A stretch of DNA of 53,002 bases, the filler included, from Bipalium vagum (lineage: Eukaryota), in NCBI GenBank assembly GCA_037834085.1. It is 3 parts of 3 records of this genome, joined end to end, with 100 filler letters (N's around TTAATTAATTAA, not from the genome) between each part and the next. Parts side by side here need not be neighbours in the genome. Positions count along the whole stretch, not along the records: positions 16,117 to 36,276 come from JBBMKC010259075.1; positions 36,377 to 53,002 come from JBBMKC010101873.1; 1 more part is not named here. The stretch is one strand, 5' to 3'. Each line of letters opens with the position of its first letter. Position 1 is the stretch's first letter. The notes below the pieces were generated by a model, which was given only the letters and a program-made list of their open reading frames with translations, searched no databases and was not told the DNA's origin. A program made the position numbers and the translations under genes. This document shows, one piece after another, positions 28,401 to 40,426 of this stretch.

Positions 28401-29012
28401 TTAATATAAAAATCTGCGGAATAAGGAAGATGATCAATGATTTCAAAATCCATCCATATAAATTAAAATCCTACTTTATATTTTAAATTTTGTGGTTCTG
28501 AATAAATATTAAAACAAGAATTAGTAATTTATACTATGAATTCGCAGAGATGATCATGTTAAAAAATGATCAAATAAAATTATGCATATCACGTAATAAA
28601 ATATATTTCTGATATTTTTTATCTTTTTTTATTATTATAAAATAATTCTTTTTATATATTTGGATACACCAATTTATTCCAGTCTTAATATTTAATGAAA
28701 GTATACTTTATTATTTCAAAGGTTGTAATTGAAGAATCAAATAATTTGCAAAATTGATTTATTTAAATTCTTATGTAACCTTCCAGCTTGAAAAGGGATT
28801 CTCTTGGTAAGAATTGGAAAATATCACGTTCAATTATTCAAGAGGCTTGTCAATTAAAAAATGACGGAGATTTTCTAATTGTCTTAGCATTTGCCGAACA
28901 GCTTTGTCCTGGAATTTATTGTATTTTGCTTGAGTGCCCCAGTGAAAAGATCGGCGATCTATCATCAATGTTCAAATATATGATTTCTTATGATAATAAC
29001 CTGGTTTTGTAA
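16449..29012 (+). CDS. C9orf72: C9orf72 orthologue (DENN-fold partner of SMCR8-WDR41), 8 exons, about 518 aa
   Basis: Exons 16449-17033, 17985-18086, 20799-20933, 22334-22450, 24872-25089, 27375-27438, 27481-27590, 28787-29012; all GT-AG and phase-consistent (1557 nt). Motifs versus human: GSWDSRRGPLIKNLW ~ AYWDNILGPRVRHIW; FLSTAIMSHLITFGRSLVIG ~ FLLNAISSHLQTCGCSVVVG; IRTLSIFLP...VQGLYK ~ VRTLCLFLT...VQGLLK; GPYPLTVIN ~ APYPTTHID; GDFLIVLAFAEQLCPGI ~ GDLNIIMALAEKIKPGL. Confidence 0.92.
18330..19260 (+). mobile_element. Fragments of two decayed rosa/DD41D-like mariner transposases
   Basis: Remnant motifs DECHLYVKGTINTKNY and FSG*KIFYLDISLNRQNY resemble SDEAHFHLNGFVNKQN; many stops and frameshifts; boundaries approximate. 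Confidence 0.55.
19311..20579 (+). mobile_element. Full-length ITmD37E (DD37E) DNA transposon with frameshifted transposase, in C9orf72 intron 2
   Basis: TIRs aagagtgtatacggaaaaaaatggtcg / cgaccagtttttttcgtatacaccctt, TA-flanked, 1269 bp. ORFs 19463-19705, 19707-20000 and 20027-20398 carry IMDDETY and FWPD...PELRPIE, with 37 residues between D and E. Confidence 0.92.
21110..22143 (-). mobile_element. Decayed mariner, irritans/Himar1-like
   Basis: MATVF...YYASLL...KKVFFHHNNEPAHS resembles Himar1; one terminal repeat ending caccccaccttcg-TA at 22143; left boundary approximate. Confidence 0.8.
22623..23339 (+). mobile_element. Internally deleted maT/DD37D-like element
   Basis: TIRs ctgggtgtttgagataattgaggaatattt / aaatattccggatttatctcaaatacccag, TA-flanked; C-terminus RACSRFRFRLELVVAANGGHFE*. 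Confidence 0.85.
23760..24700 (-). mobile_element. Decayed mariner, mauritiana/Mos1-like
   Basis: KQNIHGSKVMVIWWDQNGVIYYELLK...KLIRLKRALKEKR resembles Mos1; boundaries approximate. Confidence 0.8.
25330..26330 (+). mobile_element. Decayed mariner followed by a Tc1 C-terminal fragment
   Basis: KKVAICVWWNFE (mariner), then PNINPLENICEVLDCKVYEGGKHFQSIKELKSA (Tc1); boundaries approximate. Confidence 0.65.
26465..26783 (+). mobile_element. 5' part of a cecropia-like mariner
   Basis: TA-ttaggttgtccagtatgaaattgcggatttt TIR; QIRVCILYEFKFNHNASEATRNINAAWGEG. Confidence 0.8.
27729..27974. mobile_element. MITE (246 bp) in C9orf72 intron 7
   Basis: Perfect 23-bp TIRs ccctaaattcttacttataaacc / ggtttataagtaagaatttaggg, TA on both sides, no ORF. 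Confidence 0.85.
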
Positions 29013-29149
29013 TTTATTTTTGTTTAATTTATATATTTTTTGATAATATTTTCTTATTGGTTTTTGTATTTTCAATTTATTTTATTTGCTTAAATGAAGT
29101 TAAATAAAATATTAAAACGCTTATCAAATAACTTAATGTCAGAAAATCC

Positions 29150-29720
29150 TTATTATATCAGAGTAAAGTTTTCGGAATCTCTATAATAATGTTATAGAAA
29201 GTAGAAAGTTATCCTCTTCAAAATTCCAGTATTTCATACTAATTATTCCTGTATTCCATCACTACACAAGCCCTGTCATTTTATTGGTGAAAAATTGCGG
29301 TAAATAAAACAAATAAGATAAAAAAAACTTTCGAATCAAGATTTCTTAATTTCTGCTGCTTCATCAAAGATACATGTTGCCTGGCTTTGTTGTAATGAAC
29401 TACAATGGTTTTCTTAACATCCTGTTGTTCTCTTCCTAGTGTTGTCAGTTGAAAACCGAATAAGATAGATACTATAAATAAGATACAAAAGACATCACAT
29501 TTTGGTGTCAATTTTGGGTTTTCTGCCAATTATGAGTGCTTACCATTTTGATCAATATCTTTTTCATACATTAATATTTTTTAGTCTTTATAGTTAATAA
29601 TAGGGAATTCTTTAAATTATTCGACTTTTTTACCGAGCACAAGAATCACAAACACTTTGACGGTGGAAAATTTTAATTTCAAGAAAAAGTAATTTTGTAG
29701 AACTAAGAAGACAACTGATC
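29150..29720 (-). mobile_element. Mariner remnants (mellifera-like)
   Basis: IVVHYNKARQHVSLMKQQKLRNL ~ VVFHHDNARPHTSLMTRQKLREL; boundaries approximate. Confidence 0.6.
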
Positions 29721-29779
29721 GAACATGGAAAGAGAGTAATGATCAATTGTTCCTATGGTCGATTGATTGGGATGGATAT

Positions 29780-32350
29780 TTTATCTCAATTCAAAGGTGT
29801 AGTATTCGATTTTAGTAACGAAAATCCTAATACCAGTAAACATTGGAAACGGAAGACGATTTGCAGGAAATTATGTGATATTAAATGAAAATGTTCTGCT
29901 TGTGCCAAGATTCGAGTAACAGTAGGTGTACAAGAACCTATGCATTTTAGGACAAATATTAAACTGCAATGATTATATAGACTTGTTGACGAAGTAGTCA
30001 AAAAACTGGATGGAAAAATCTGTTACTGTATGTAAACTTTGATGCTAAAATAAAACAGCTATCTACTAAGATCAGAATAGGCAAGTGGTAGCCGGTATCA
30101 AGAGAACCATTTGTAAATGCGATAAAAATTATGAGATCGAGTACAATCAGTAAGTGTATTCCCGAAAGACGATTTAGATTTGAGTTCAATTATTCTCAAC
30201 GAGTCAACTCCAATTCAAACACCAGGATTAGTGACAACTATATGCACTGGATATATACTGGATGTGGAAACTATTGACCCAAGTTCGTTAACGAAAGAAA
30301 ATTTGATAATAATACGTATCAATTATCTAAAAAGTGAATAAGGTTACGCCCAAGAATTCATATCTTATTCCGGTGATTGGAATAATTTTTAAGAAATTAC
30401 AATATTTGTGATAAAGCATCCAAAATGGTTATAATCTACTTCCTATGAACAAAATATCTGCAGAAATGACTGCATTCAAAACTAGCAATGATTTATATTA
30501 GTATAACAAGATGCTATTAGGTTATTAAGTATGAAATGTTGGATTTGCAAAATCCAGTTTGACATTTGATATTTTAAATAATTTAACTCGAAAGTTTTTT
30601 TGGTTTACTGCGTAAATATTAGGTTATACTTTTTATAGCATATTTAAATATAACTTCTTGGTTAACAGGAATGCCACAAATATGTTAAAGATTAAAGAAT
30701 TTCATTATAATAATCGTAAAATATGCGATGTTGTATCTGGACGATATTATTATATTTTTGTTGAAGAGGATGGACACAATAGAAATATATTGGTAGTTTT
30801 TCAAACACTGAAACTATATGGTTTAATGGTTATACCAGGAAATGCAAGTGATCACAAAATGAAGTAAAAATATTCTAGTGTATTGTATCGAGTTCTGATA
30901 TTCGGCCTGTTCCAGAAATATTAAAGAAAGTAGCAAATTTTGAGGCAACAAAAAAATTTCGAACTACTTAAAGATCAGTTGATCAAGGAACAGGTGTTAA
31001 GATATCCTAATATGGCGGAACAATTTATATTGATGATAGATGAGAGTATTCAATGGGACCTATGTTAGATCAGTAAGCAAAAATGAAAAAGATGATGTAA
31101 GTACATGTACAAGTCGAGAGTTAAAGAAACATGAATTGAACTTTGCTACGCTAGTGATTCAGTAAAAAGAAATGAAGAAATTCAGACACTACATGTGGAC
31201 TATGAAGAAAATTTTATTTAACCATCATAGGCGATTACAATTCTTGTCGACGAACCGAGATACAGCAAGTCATTGGTATGATAAGCATTAATCCTAGAAG
31301 AGTTTGATATTAAATATGATATCGAAAGGGTAAGGTGAACAAAAACGAACAAGGTGAACAAAACGAAGAAACCTTTCACAAGATGAAATCAGATGAGTTT
31401 TCATTGGTTGAAGTAAGCTTTGGTGAGGAGAATGAAAAGGTAATTTTAATAATTTGATGCATCAATCATGATAGATTCAAAGGAAATAGATCAGAATGGA
31501 GATGAAAAAGTTGGACTGATTAAGCGATTCATAAAAGGATATGATATTCTGGAAGCGCGTGAAGCGGTATTATTGATAAAAAAGATTAACATCAAATGAA
31601 TCTAAACAGGAAAGGATAGAGGACAGTACACAGATTAACAGTAGAACAGTGTTGATAATCGCGATTTATGTTTATCCTAAATAAAAGAGAAAATATGATT
31701 AACATTTTTGATAGATAATATTTATAAAAGAAACCGTGATTTATATTTTTTGTGGAAAAAGAAAGCCTTTAATTTTTTATATTTTTTATGATCCAAAGAG
31801 AAGAAAAATTTCGATTGCGACCAGTCAAATAATAACGTATGCTGTTCATTTATCTGATTGAACGCCTTGGTTCCACTGATCACAGTTAATAATAAGGGAC
31901 TGATACGGGACTTCTTGTCGATTCAGGATCTCAAGAGGTTTCTCAAAATGGCTGATTTTTTATTATATTTTTTATTCTATTTTGTATTTTTAATTTATTA
32001 ATGGTCTCTTCCATGTTAGTATTACATTATTGAATATTGCACTTTTGGTTTCAAACTATTTTGATGTCCGTATGATTATTTTATTGTTGAGGTCTTGTGA
32101 ATAATATTATTGAAGTTAAATTTGACGAGCGTTATATATTAATTGGATATGATTTTGGAAGCTTCTATTTGACTTTTGTATTGTATCACCTGAAAGTTGA
32201 GAATAGTATTGACGTTTATAATGTTAATAGTTTTGTGCATTGGATAATAATAAATTGTATTCTCTTACTGCTTGTGGCATTTACCCACAGGACTATTGTT
32301 TGAACATAACCATAATAAGGGTAAAAGAGTCAGATCAGTGTGATTTCGTT
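29780..32350. mobile_element. Highly degraded LTR-retrotransposon-like sequence
   Basis: Purine-skewed, coding-like broken frames with possible integrase-like traces; no intact domain recognised. Confidence 0.3.
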
Positions 32351-32469
32351 AATATCAGATATTAACAAACGTAATTAAAAATTATGATTTTAAAAACGGA
32401 CATCCAAAATTTATTTTAAAAGAAGGATAAAATTATGTTAAACTGAAACAATATTTACACTTGATTACC

Positions 32470-32650
32470 AGGTTGACTGGAAAGTAATCAATTATTAGAG
32501 ACATTTTTAAAAAAAATTATTTTATTATTCCAAATGACAATCCAACCAATTATATATTCACTATTGTTATCAATTATGAGTTTCAAACGTCCTTCGAACT
32601 TATCAATTCCAGTTTGGAAAAATTTACTATATTTGGATTCGAAGAAAACC
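32470..32650 (-). mobile_element. 3' end of a mariner
   Basis: FFESKYSKFFQTGIDKFEGRLKLIIDNSEYII C-terminus beside a caggttgactgg TIR-like end. Confidence 0.6.
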
Positions 32651-33827
32651 GCTTATACATAATTGAAAAATTACAAATGAAGAAATAAAAATTATGTGTA
32701 ATATTTCTTATTTTGGAAAATATGATGAAAAGAAGTGATTAAAAATAGTTTTAATTAAAAGAACAACAAATAATAAGTAAATGTTTGCCTGTAGAGTTTG
32801 AAATTTTGATGCGAAGGAAATTTTTTTAATTTCAATGTTTCTATTGGTTGTCATAAACTTATCTTTTGGATCAAACTTACTGAGGCCGGGTTGTCTTTAT
32901 CAATTACTTTTTGTTATTATAAGAATGGATCCAATGACCACAAGAAATAGAATAAAGAATCTATAAGAAATGCTCACGTTAGCATTAAAATTTGAATAAT
33001 TTTAAATGTCACTATCAAAGCAATTATTGGTGTCATCATCAATTTAAGATTACATTGTGGTTTCTGAGAGTGAAAACCCAAAAAGGATATTAAATACGGA
33101 TAATGATAAAGTATTTTGTTGAATTTTATTTTCTTTTTATATATTTTTCTGTATCAACTTAAGAATGGTCATTTTTAGAAATATTTTCATATCCTTTTTC
33201 TTAGGAAAATATTTTTCAAACTTTTTGAATGTCACGTTAACGACAAGCTTTCTTTGATAATTGAATTTTTGTTGGTTGAGATTTAAATAAAAATTTTAAT
33301 TTTTAACAATTTTAGTAAACTCGTTATAAAAGAAATATTTTTATTATTAATAATATAATAATATAATATAAATATCTTTACTTTTTTGAGATCTGTATTT
33401 TTATTCTTTATCTGATATTATATATTTTAGTGTAGGATTTATATTTTGTGATCCATTCTGCTTACTTTATTATTTTTGAACAATAATAAAATCCACGTCA
33501 TGTATATAGGATATTTTTTGGACAATTAATTTTCATGTGATAAAATAATATGAGATTAATTATTATAATATCAAAAAATAACATACATTATGTCTTTCAG
33601 TTCTCATTAACGCAAAAAAAAAGTATTTCGGTTTCTTAAATCTTTTGATTATTTTTTTGATTTTGTTCATTTTACTTGTAATATAACATTTTTAATATTT
33701 TTTGAATACTTTTACAAAAAATTATAAATAATCAAATTTATTTATTAGGCTGATAATTTTTATATCTAAGATCGATATTTATAAAAATTAATATATATAA
33801 CTAAAAAATAAATGATAATGAAATTTA

Positions 33828-33910
33828 TAAAATCAATACAAAAATAATAATAAAATCAATACAAAATAATAATAAAATCAAAACAAAAATAATAATAAAA
33901 TCAATATAAA
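33828..33910. repeat. Minisatellite, 22-23 nt unit aaaatcaatacaaaaataataat, about 3.5 copies
   Basis: Read directly. Confidence 0.85.
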
Positions 33911-35213
33911 ATACATTCCAGCTCTTATAATTTTATTTATAAACCTTTTTTACTATTATCAAATTTTTATCTAACATTTAGCAATATAAATAAACCACTA
34001 ATTATATTCTGGTGTTAAAACTTATTATATAAAGATGGTATATACATTATATCCATGAAAAATATATATATTAACTGAAAATTAATCTCTCGTTTTATCC
34101 TACATTTTGAAAGTATGTATAAGTAATGATGGTTGTTACTTAATGTAACTCATTCAAGAGTCAAAGTTTTTGAATGAAAATATTTATAAGTTGATTGCAG
34201 GTTTAAAATCACCATTGGTATTATTATATTATATTTGTCAAGAATGGATAAATTATCGATTTGGGTATATTTTATTTATTTTTTAAACATTGTCGTTTTA
34301 AAAATAGGAATTACAAAGATTAAGATTTCTAATTCTCTAGAATTTAAATTTCATAAAATTTTATAAGATAATTTTCAGACTTTGCTAAATAATTTGATTT
34401 GTTTTCATTTTAAATAATTTGTTACTCATTTAATTAATTATTTAATAATATTATGATGATAATTTTCTAATGATAATGATAATTATAATATAAAAATATA
34501 TTTTTAAGAGTTGCAATTTTCTCTCTTTAAGACAAGATAATTTTTGAATAAAACTATTATAAAAATTTTTCATTTCAATAATTGCATATTAATATATTAT
34601 TATTTTTTTTTTCCAAAATGTTCCTCATAATATTCGTATCAAATTCGTTTTAAAATATTTCGATTTTCTGTTATTTAATTTAATATTCTCTTATTTATTA
34701 TTTATTAAGAACACTTCATAATCTTTATACTTTAATAACTTAAACTACATTTCGAAAAATGTGCTTATAATATAAAATATATTTAACATATATATAATTT
34801 TTTAATTATTATTTTAATTTATAATTATTTATTGAATGTAAGTATTAATAATAAGTTATTAACAAATTAATAATAATAAATAAATAAAATAATTTGTAAC
34901 TAATGTTAACTTCAGAAATAGTAATTTTTAACGTTTGTTTAAGGAAACAGTACTAATACCATTCGATTAACAAACAGAAAATTGCTATATTACATACATT
35001 TTTTTTAGATTTTTGTAGAACTCTTAACGTAGACTGATAGAACAAAAGATACTCTTAATATATTTTAAATAATAATTAACTTTTTATTTTATATTTTCCA
35101 TCAAGTTTTTCAATATATGATGCACGTAATTCAATTTTTTATTCTTTAATTTTAGTTATTATTTTCCTTAATTCAATAAATATTAGAGAAGAATGCCAGG
35201 ATTGATGTCACTA

Positions 35214-35600
35214 TTAGGTCTAACGGTAAAAATGCAGATTTTTTTGACAAAAAAAACTTGAAAATTTCAAAAGAAACATGGAAATATTTTTTCATAAAAA
35301 GTCCATTATTAACTACACATTTCTTCCATCTTTCGTGTGGATGCCGTCCCAAAAAATGCTGTCGAGGCGAACCATTCAAAGACCAATTTTCATACATTTT
35401 TGTCAGTCTTGGAGTGTTGCTCAACAAGTCCATATGTCATAGACAGGAACAAATAAAAATCTGTTGAATATGGCTGGAGGGTGATCTTTTAACATGGTTT
35501 TGACTAATTATGACGTATGTGATGATGCGTTGTCATGGGGCCAAATTACTTTGCCATGCCTTTTGACCCATTATGGCCCTTCGTAATCAAACATTAACTT
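35214..35600 (-). mobile_element. Deleted mariner, 3' part
   Basis: TA-ttaggtctaacggtaaaaatgcagatttttt TIR-like end; ERWKKCVVNNG C-terminal motif. Confidence 0.7.
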
Positions 35601-36204
35601 AGCTCCATTATTTGTTTTGATTCAGATTTATTATATCTATCTAATTCCAATCATTGAAGACGTCAGAAAAACTTTTTATTGACACATCTTAATTGATAAA
35701 AATAGGCTGAAAAATTCAAATATTGAATTTATAAAAATTAGATTAAAAATGTAATAAATAAATTCAAAGTTTTATTTTGGCATAACATTAATTTTGTAAT
35801 AATTTATATCAATCTTCAAAGATAACCAGTACCAAGGTATCATAGAATTTTTTCTACGTGAGAAAAGTCGAATTGTTTTCAACAATTATACTTTATTGTG
35901 TAATTAAGATGACAGATTCAGTTTGATTTTGAAATCTTGCTTCCTCAAAATTTAGCTCAATTTTTTAAATGATATTCCAAACAAATTGAAAGAACCAACG
36001 AATTATTTTTCTAACTACACCAAATCAATTGAGAACCAGAAAAAAGCCATTGCTAAATTCATTCCCACCACAGCATTGATTCATTCCCACCTGACTCACT
36101 TTTTGTTGGAATCTTGGAAAACAATTACCTTAAAATTTTACCAACCAAAGAGATATCCCTTGTGGAAAAAAGCGTTTTGTAGACTTGAAGCAATATATGA
36201 ATTA

Positions 36205-36276
36205 CAGTGAAACCTGCTTAAATTGAACACCATAGTGTCCTTGCTGAAAAGTTCAAATTAGAGAGGTGTTCAGATA
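36205..36276. mobile_element. pogo/Tigger-like MITE end truncated by the contig break
   Basis: TA-cagtgaaacctgcttaaattgaacacc terminus, typical of pogo-like MITEs; second end not visible. Confidence 0.55.
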
Positions 36277-36376
36277 NNNNNNNNNNNNNNNNNNNNNNNN
36301 NNNNNNNNNNNNNNNNNNNNTTAATTAATTAANNNNNNNNNNNNNNNNNNNNNNNNNNNNNNNNNNNNNNNNNNNN
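36277..36376. other. Artificial contig spacer (N44-TTAATTAATTAA-N44)
   Basis: Identical in structure to the first spacer. Confidence 0.97.

Positions 36377-36445
<69 letters not shown>
36377..36445. repeat. (AAT)n microsatellite at the contig start
   Basis: Read directly. Confidence 0.95.
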
Positions 36446-36449
<4 letters not shown>

Positions 36450-36597
36450 TTGTGAGGATTATAAATAAAATTTAAATATCATTTCAAAATTATCTGATGT
36501 TTAAATAGTACGGTTTTCGGTAGTTAAGTTTTTTAATACATTTTGAAATTTTACTTATTTTTTATGATTCCAGAAATCAAAAATTTCCGTAGATAAC

Positions 36598-37540
36598 ATG
36601 GCTACTACGCCAACATTGGATCTGTTATTAAGCAGATTTAAGAAGAGTGACAGTCTGAAAGAATTCATTGCAGACTGTGAGATTTTTTTATGTTTCTAAA
36701 ATGAATAAAAGACAAGGGAAATTATGGTAAAAGCGTTATTGGACAGAGATCTCATCGATATTTACGAAAAACTGAAAAAAGTCAGTGGGCTTTAGTATAG
36801 GCTCCAAAAAGCATTTGGGAAACCCAGTTCATTAATTCAAAACTTAGAAGAAGTTCTGCGATACAAAAGGCCTCAGAAGATGCTGAGACATTCAGTAAGA
36901 AGATTGAAAGGATGATAAAAAGAATTCTATCACATGATTTGAACGAGGAAGCCCTCAAGAAATAATTCCTGTTGCATTGTGGAGAGAAGGTAAATTTAAA
37001 GAGGTTAAAATAAGAAAAAATAGAAGACACTTCAGAAATTGTGGAAACCCTTAAACTATTAGATCAAGTAGACAGCGAAGTTGAAACGATAATTGACATT
37101 AGAAGTTACAAGAGAACAGTCGCTAATAGACCACAACTTGACAACATACAGAAACACTCCAGGAAGAAGAGGAAAGGAGGAGATTAACAGACAAAATATA
37201 AAATGTTGTTCATGTAATCAAAAAGGACACATCAAGGTATGCCCAGAGAAGAGAACCAAAAATTATTACGCCTGTTGCAGCAAAGAACACATTAGAAGAT
37301 TCTGTCCGGAAGTCCATTGTGCAACAGAAATGGCCATGAAGAGAAAGGCTGTTTTATAAAAATAAGAAGACAGTATGAGAGAGGACTATATAGGAACTTC
37401 AGAAACTACGATGCGAACAATAGATGTCGAAACATGGAAGAAAATACTAATACATTGAGATTGGGAAAGTTTATCAATACAATGAACATGGCACAAGATA
37501 ATCAATATGACTAACTCATTAGAGGAATGGAAGATGGTGT
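36598..37540 (+). mobile_element. Degenerate LTR-retrotransposon gag with CCHC zinc knuckles
   Basis: CCSCNQKGHIKVC, YYACCSKEHIRRFC and CNRNGHEEKGC knuckles spread over frameshifted ORFs. Confidence 0.7.
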
Positions 37541-38008
37541 GACAGAGATCAATTACTTATTATATGCGACTCCATCATTAGTAATTCATATTGGAACTTT
37601 AATAATTTGGTATTGTGATTATTGTTCTTTTTATCTTTGAGTTGTTACATTCTGACAATCCTACTACTATCATTGATTGGCATGTTAGTGTGTTGTAGCA
37701 TTATAAAACAATTGAGTTTTCTAGTGATTTTTTTGATTCATTTTAAAAAAGATCTCATTTACAACATAAATGAAGGTGTCAGTAAATTTGGAGTTTAAAA
37801 CTATATAATATTAACAATATTAAAAATGAAATAAATTAAAAAGGTTAATTGAAATCATGCCGTTTCAGGTCTATTGCATCTTGAAATTCGTAAAAAACGA
37901 AACATTTTTTAAAGAATTATGGAGAAATGTAAGATGTCTTTTCTGGATTTTTTAATAATTGTTTGAATATTGTTGATTAACTTATCATATATTGATCCAC
38001 AATTGATA

Positions 38009-40426
38009 ATGTTCAGACAAAGGTCAAATTTGACTGAAAGCATCTTCAGCACTAGGTTTTCCAAGTTACATCGTCAATCAAAAATAAGAAAGACACAACA
38101 TCATATATTCAACGTTAATGATGACTCGACCAAATTAATGGTACCCTTTTGTGGGTTTTGTCAGCTGAATTTCACCACTTTGGTTTACTGGCATGCCCAT
38201 ATGATGTCGTTTCAACACAAAATTCCGTTGCCACTTTCTTCGGACCCCCGACATGGTAAATTAGAACTATTAATTGTTTGTAAATTCTGTGAACAGGATA
38301 TTCTTGTTAACTTGGCCAATGACCATCGATGCTATCTTAGTGAAGTAGAACGGCTTGAAAATTTAATTAGTTTATACAATACTAGCTTTTGTCCCTTAGT
38401 CTGCGTTCTGTGCAAAGTAAGTAAAACGTTTGTTTCCCAATCAGCTCTACAGATGCACCTGGTAACGAAACACAGTCCCATGAAAAGTTCCACTAGATGC
38501 AGTATGTGCAACACAGAATTCAAGTCCACAAATATGAATGTTCAAGAATCCCATGCCATCGATATCCATGTTCCTGAATTGGACTTATTATATTGGAAGT
38601 TGGGAGAAAATATGCCAAAAAAGACCAAATCAGAAAACATAAAATATTTCTGTGCTTTATCATATTACTCAAATAATCGTAACAAAAATAAGATCTATTG
38701 CACGGAGGAGATAAATGATATTTTTCAATTGACTGTTCACACTTTGTGCTTACACGGATTTGTAAGAAAATTAAAGGTAACGGAAAAGGTTTCCATAGGA
38801 AAACATGCACATTTGACGAGTTTTAGAGAAAATGAAAAAACTGATTGCAAATATTGTGGGGCTCCTTTCTTAGGTACTACAGAACTGAACCATCACATTT
38901 CCACAGTTCACATGATGGAAATAATGTTAAGGAGAGACTATATTATAAAAAAAGATATGATGATTAAAAAGATCCCCTTAAATTTAACATGTCTTCAATG
39001 TATGATAATATTTAACAAGATTTCACAATTGAAGGTAAGTTATTTAATGTTATTTTTTAAGGGTTTGATTTTGTAGCAATCATTCAAAAAAGAGTCACAG
39101 TTAATAATTTAAAAAGTTATTACAATTTTTTGAGACAAAAGTTTAAACATGTCCGTATTTATTTTGTTCTCTATTTTTTTTCTTTGATTATCAGAGAAAA
39201 ATCCATAAAGATATCATTGTATTTCATTGGTGTTAGTGAAAATTAATCGGAGCTACATCCCCCGACTAATTTTCAATATATCTCACAATTGGGATTATTT
39301 TGATGATCCAGAAATGTCTAAATAATTGAAATTTTATTTTCAATATATTCTTTAACATATCAGGTTGAGGAATAATTCATGAGCGTTTTTTAAATAACTT
39401 TATTTGAATTCAAAATAAAGGAATAGTACACGATTTATAATTAACGAAATTACAATAAAATCTCAGTTGTTGATAACTTACTCCCATCGTTCAATAAGTT
39501 TTTCAATGTCTTGACGATAAAATTCCTTCGGTCTAGACTCAAAAAATTCGTTCAATCAAGCGCTTAATTCCATGCCATTATTAAATTTTTCACAGACGAT
39601 GGATTGGGAGATCAGCACCATTCTATTTGGCTGCGAGATTACCAGATCTTTCTCCAATTGATTTCGTTCTTTGGTGACATCTAATGCCAAGGGTTTATAC
39701 AAGAAAGCCAAAGAAGCTAAAAGATCTATTAGATGCAATTAAAATATCACCACAGATTGTTAATGAATGTTCTGTTGTATCACAAGTCGGTAGTGTTATC
39801 TTAAGTATATTTAACAATATTACATTTTAAAATCCGATACTTAACTTTTGCACACCTCATACATTTGTGTTACAATTTAACAAATAATAATATAATCTAA
39901 AAATTCATTGTAAATATTGGATTTTCAACAATGGAATGAGATTTACAGATATTCTTTTCCATTTTTAAGTCTTAAAACTATATAGTTTTTAAAAAGATTT
40001 GTTTAATATATTATAATTATCTTATAATTATAATAATAAATTACATTGAGAAATCTTTAGGTTCATTTAATGGTTCAACACACTGGAAAAGATTTTGGAA
40101 TTTGTGGAATGTGTAATAAAAATCTTCAGAATTTCAGTATTAAGGACGTTGAAATCTCAAATAAACTACATTGGCATATGATTCAGTATCACGAATCTCT
40201 TCATTTCAAACAGTATCAGTATTTTAAACAAACAGAAGTGTTCATGAAAGACCTTTACCCTAATCCATTGTTGTATAAATCTGAAAAAGAATTCGTAGAT
40301 GAATTGGAAAAGAAGAATGAGATAGTTTCAAGTATTTTATTCACTGAAGAACAAATGATATTTTTAAGAGCACTTGGCACGAAAAATTTTGAAAAGCAAA
40401 TCGATATGGAAATGTCAGGGAAATAA
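38009..40426 (+). CDS. Multi-zinc-finger (C2H2-type) protein, 2 coding exons, about 463 aa; start uncertain
   Basis: Exon 38009-39034 (donor AAG|GTAAGT) joins 40061-40426 (acceptor TCTTTAG). Splicing completes the finger CLQC-x12-HLMVQH. About 8 CxxC...H-x4/5-H or C2HC motifs. Confidence 0.85.
39360..39859 (-). mobile_element. Deleted mariner in the zinc-finger gene intron
   Basis: tcaggttgaggaataattcatgagcgttttt TIR-like end; C-terminal FFESRPKEFYRQDIEKLIERWE. Confidence 0.7.

Noticed and set aside
32860-33120. Possible small membrane-protein gene on the minus strand
   Set aside because: Would need a 17-nt intron; stops in all frames; hydrophobicity explained by AT bias.
34201-34264. Exon-like GLKSPLVLLYYICQEWINYRFG, faintly like TLDc GLDTPVLMV...VFG, which would imply C9orf72 nested inside the OXR1-like gene
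   Set aside because: Weak similarity, no other TLDc exons found nearby, and it lies on a different contig.
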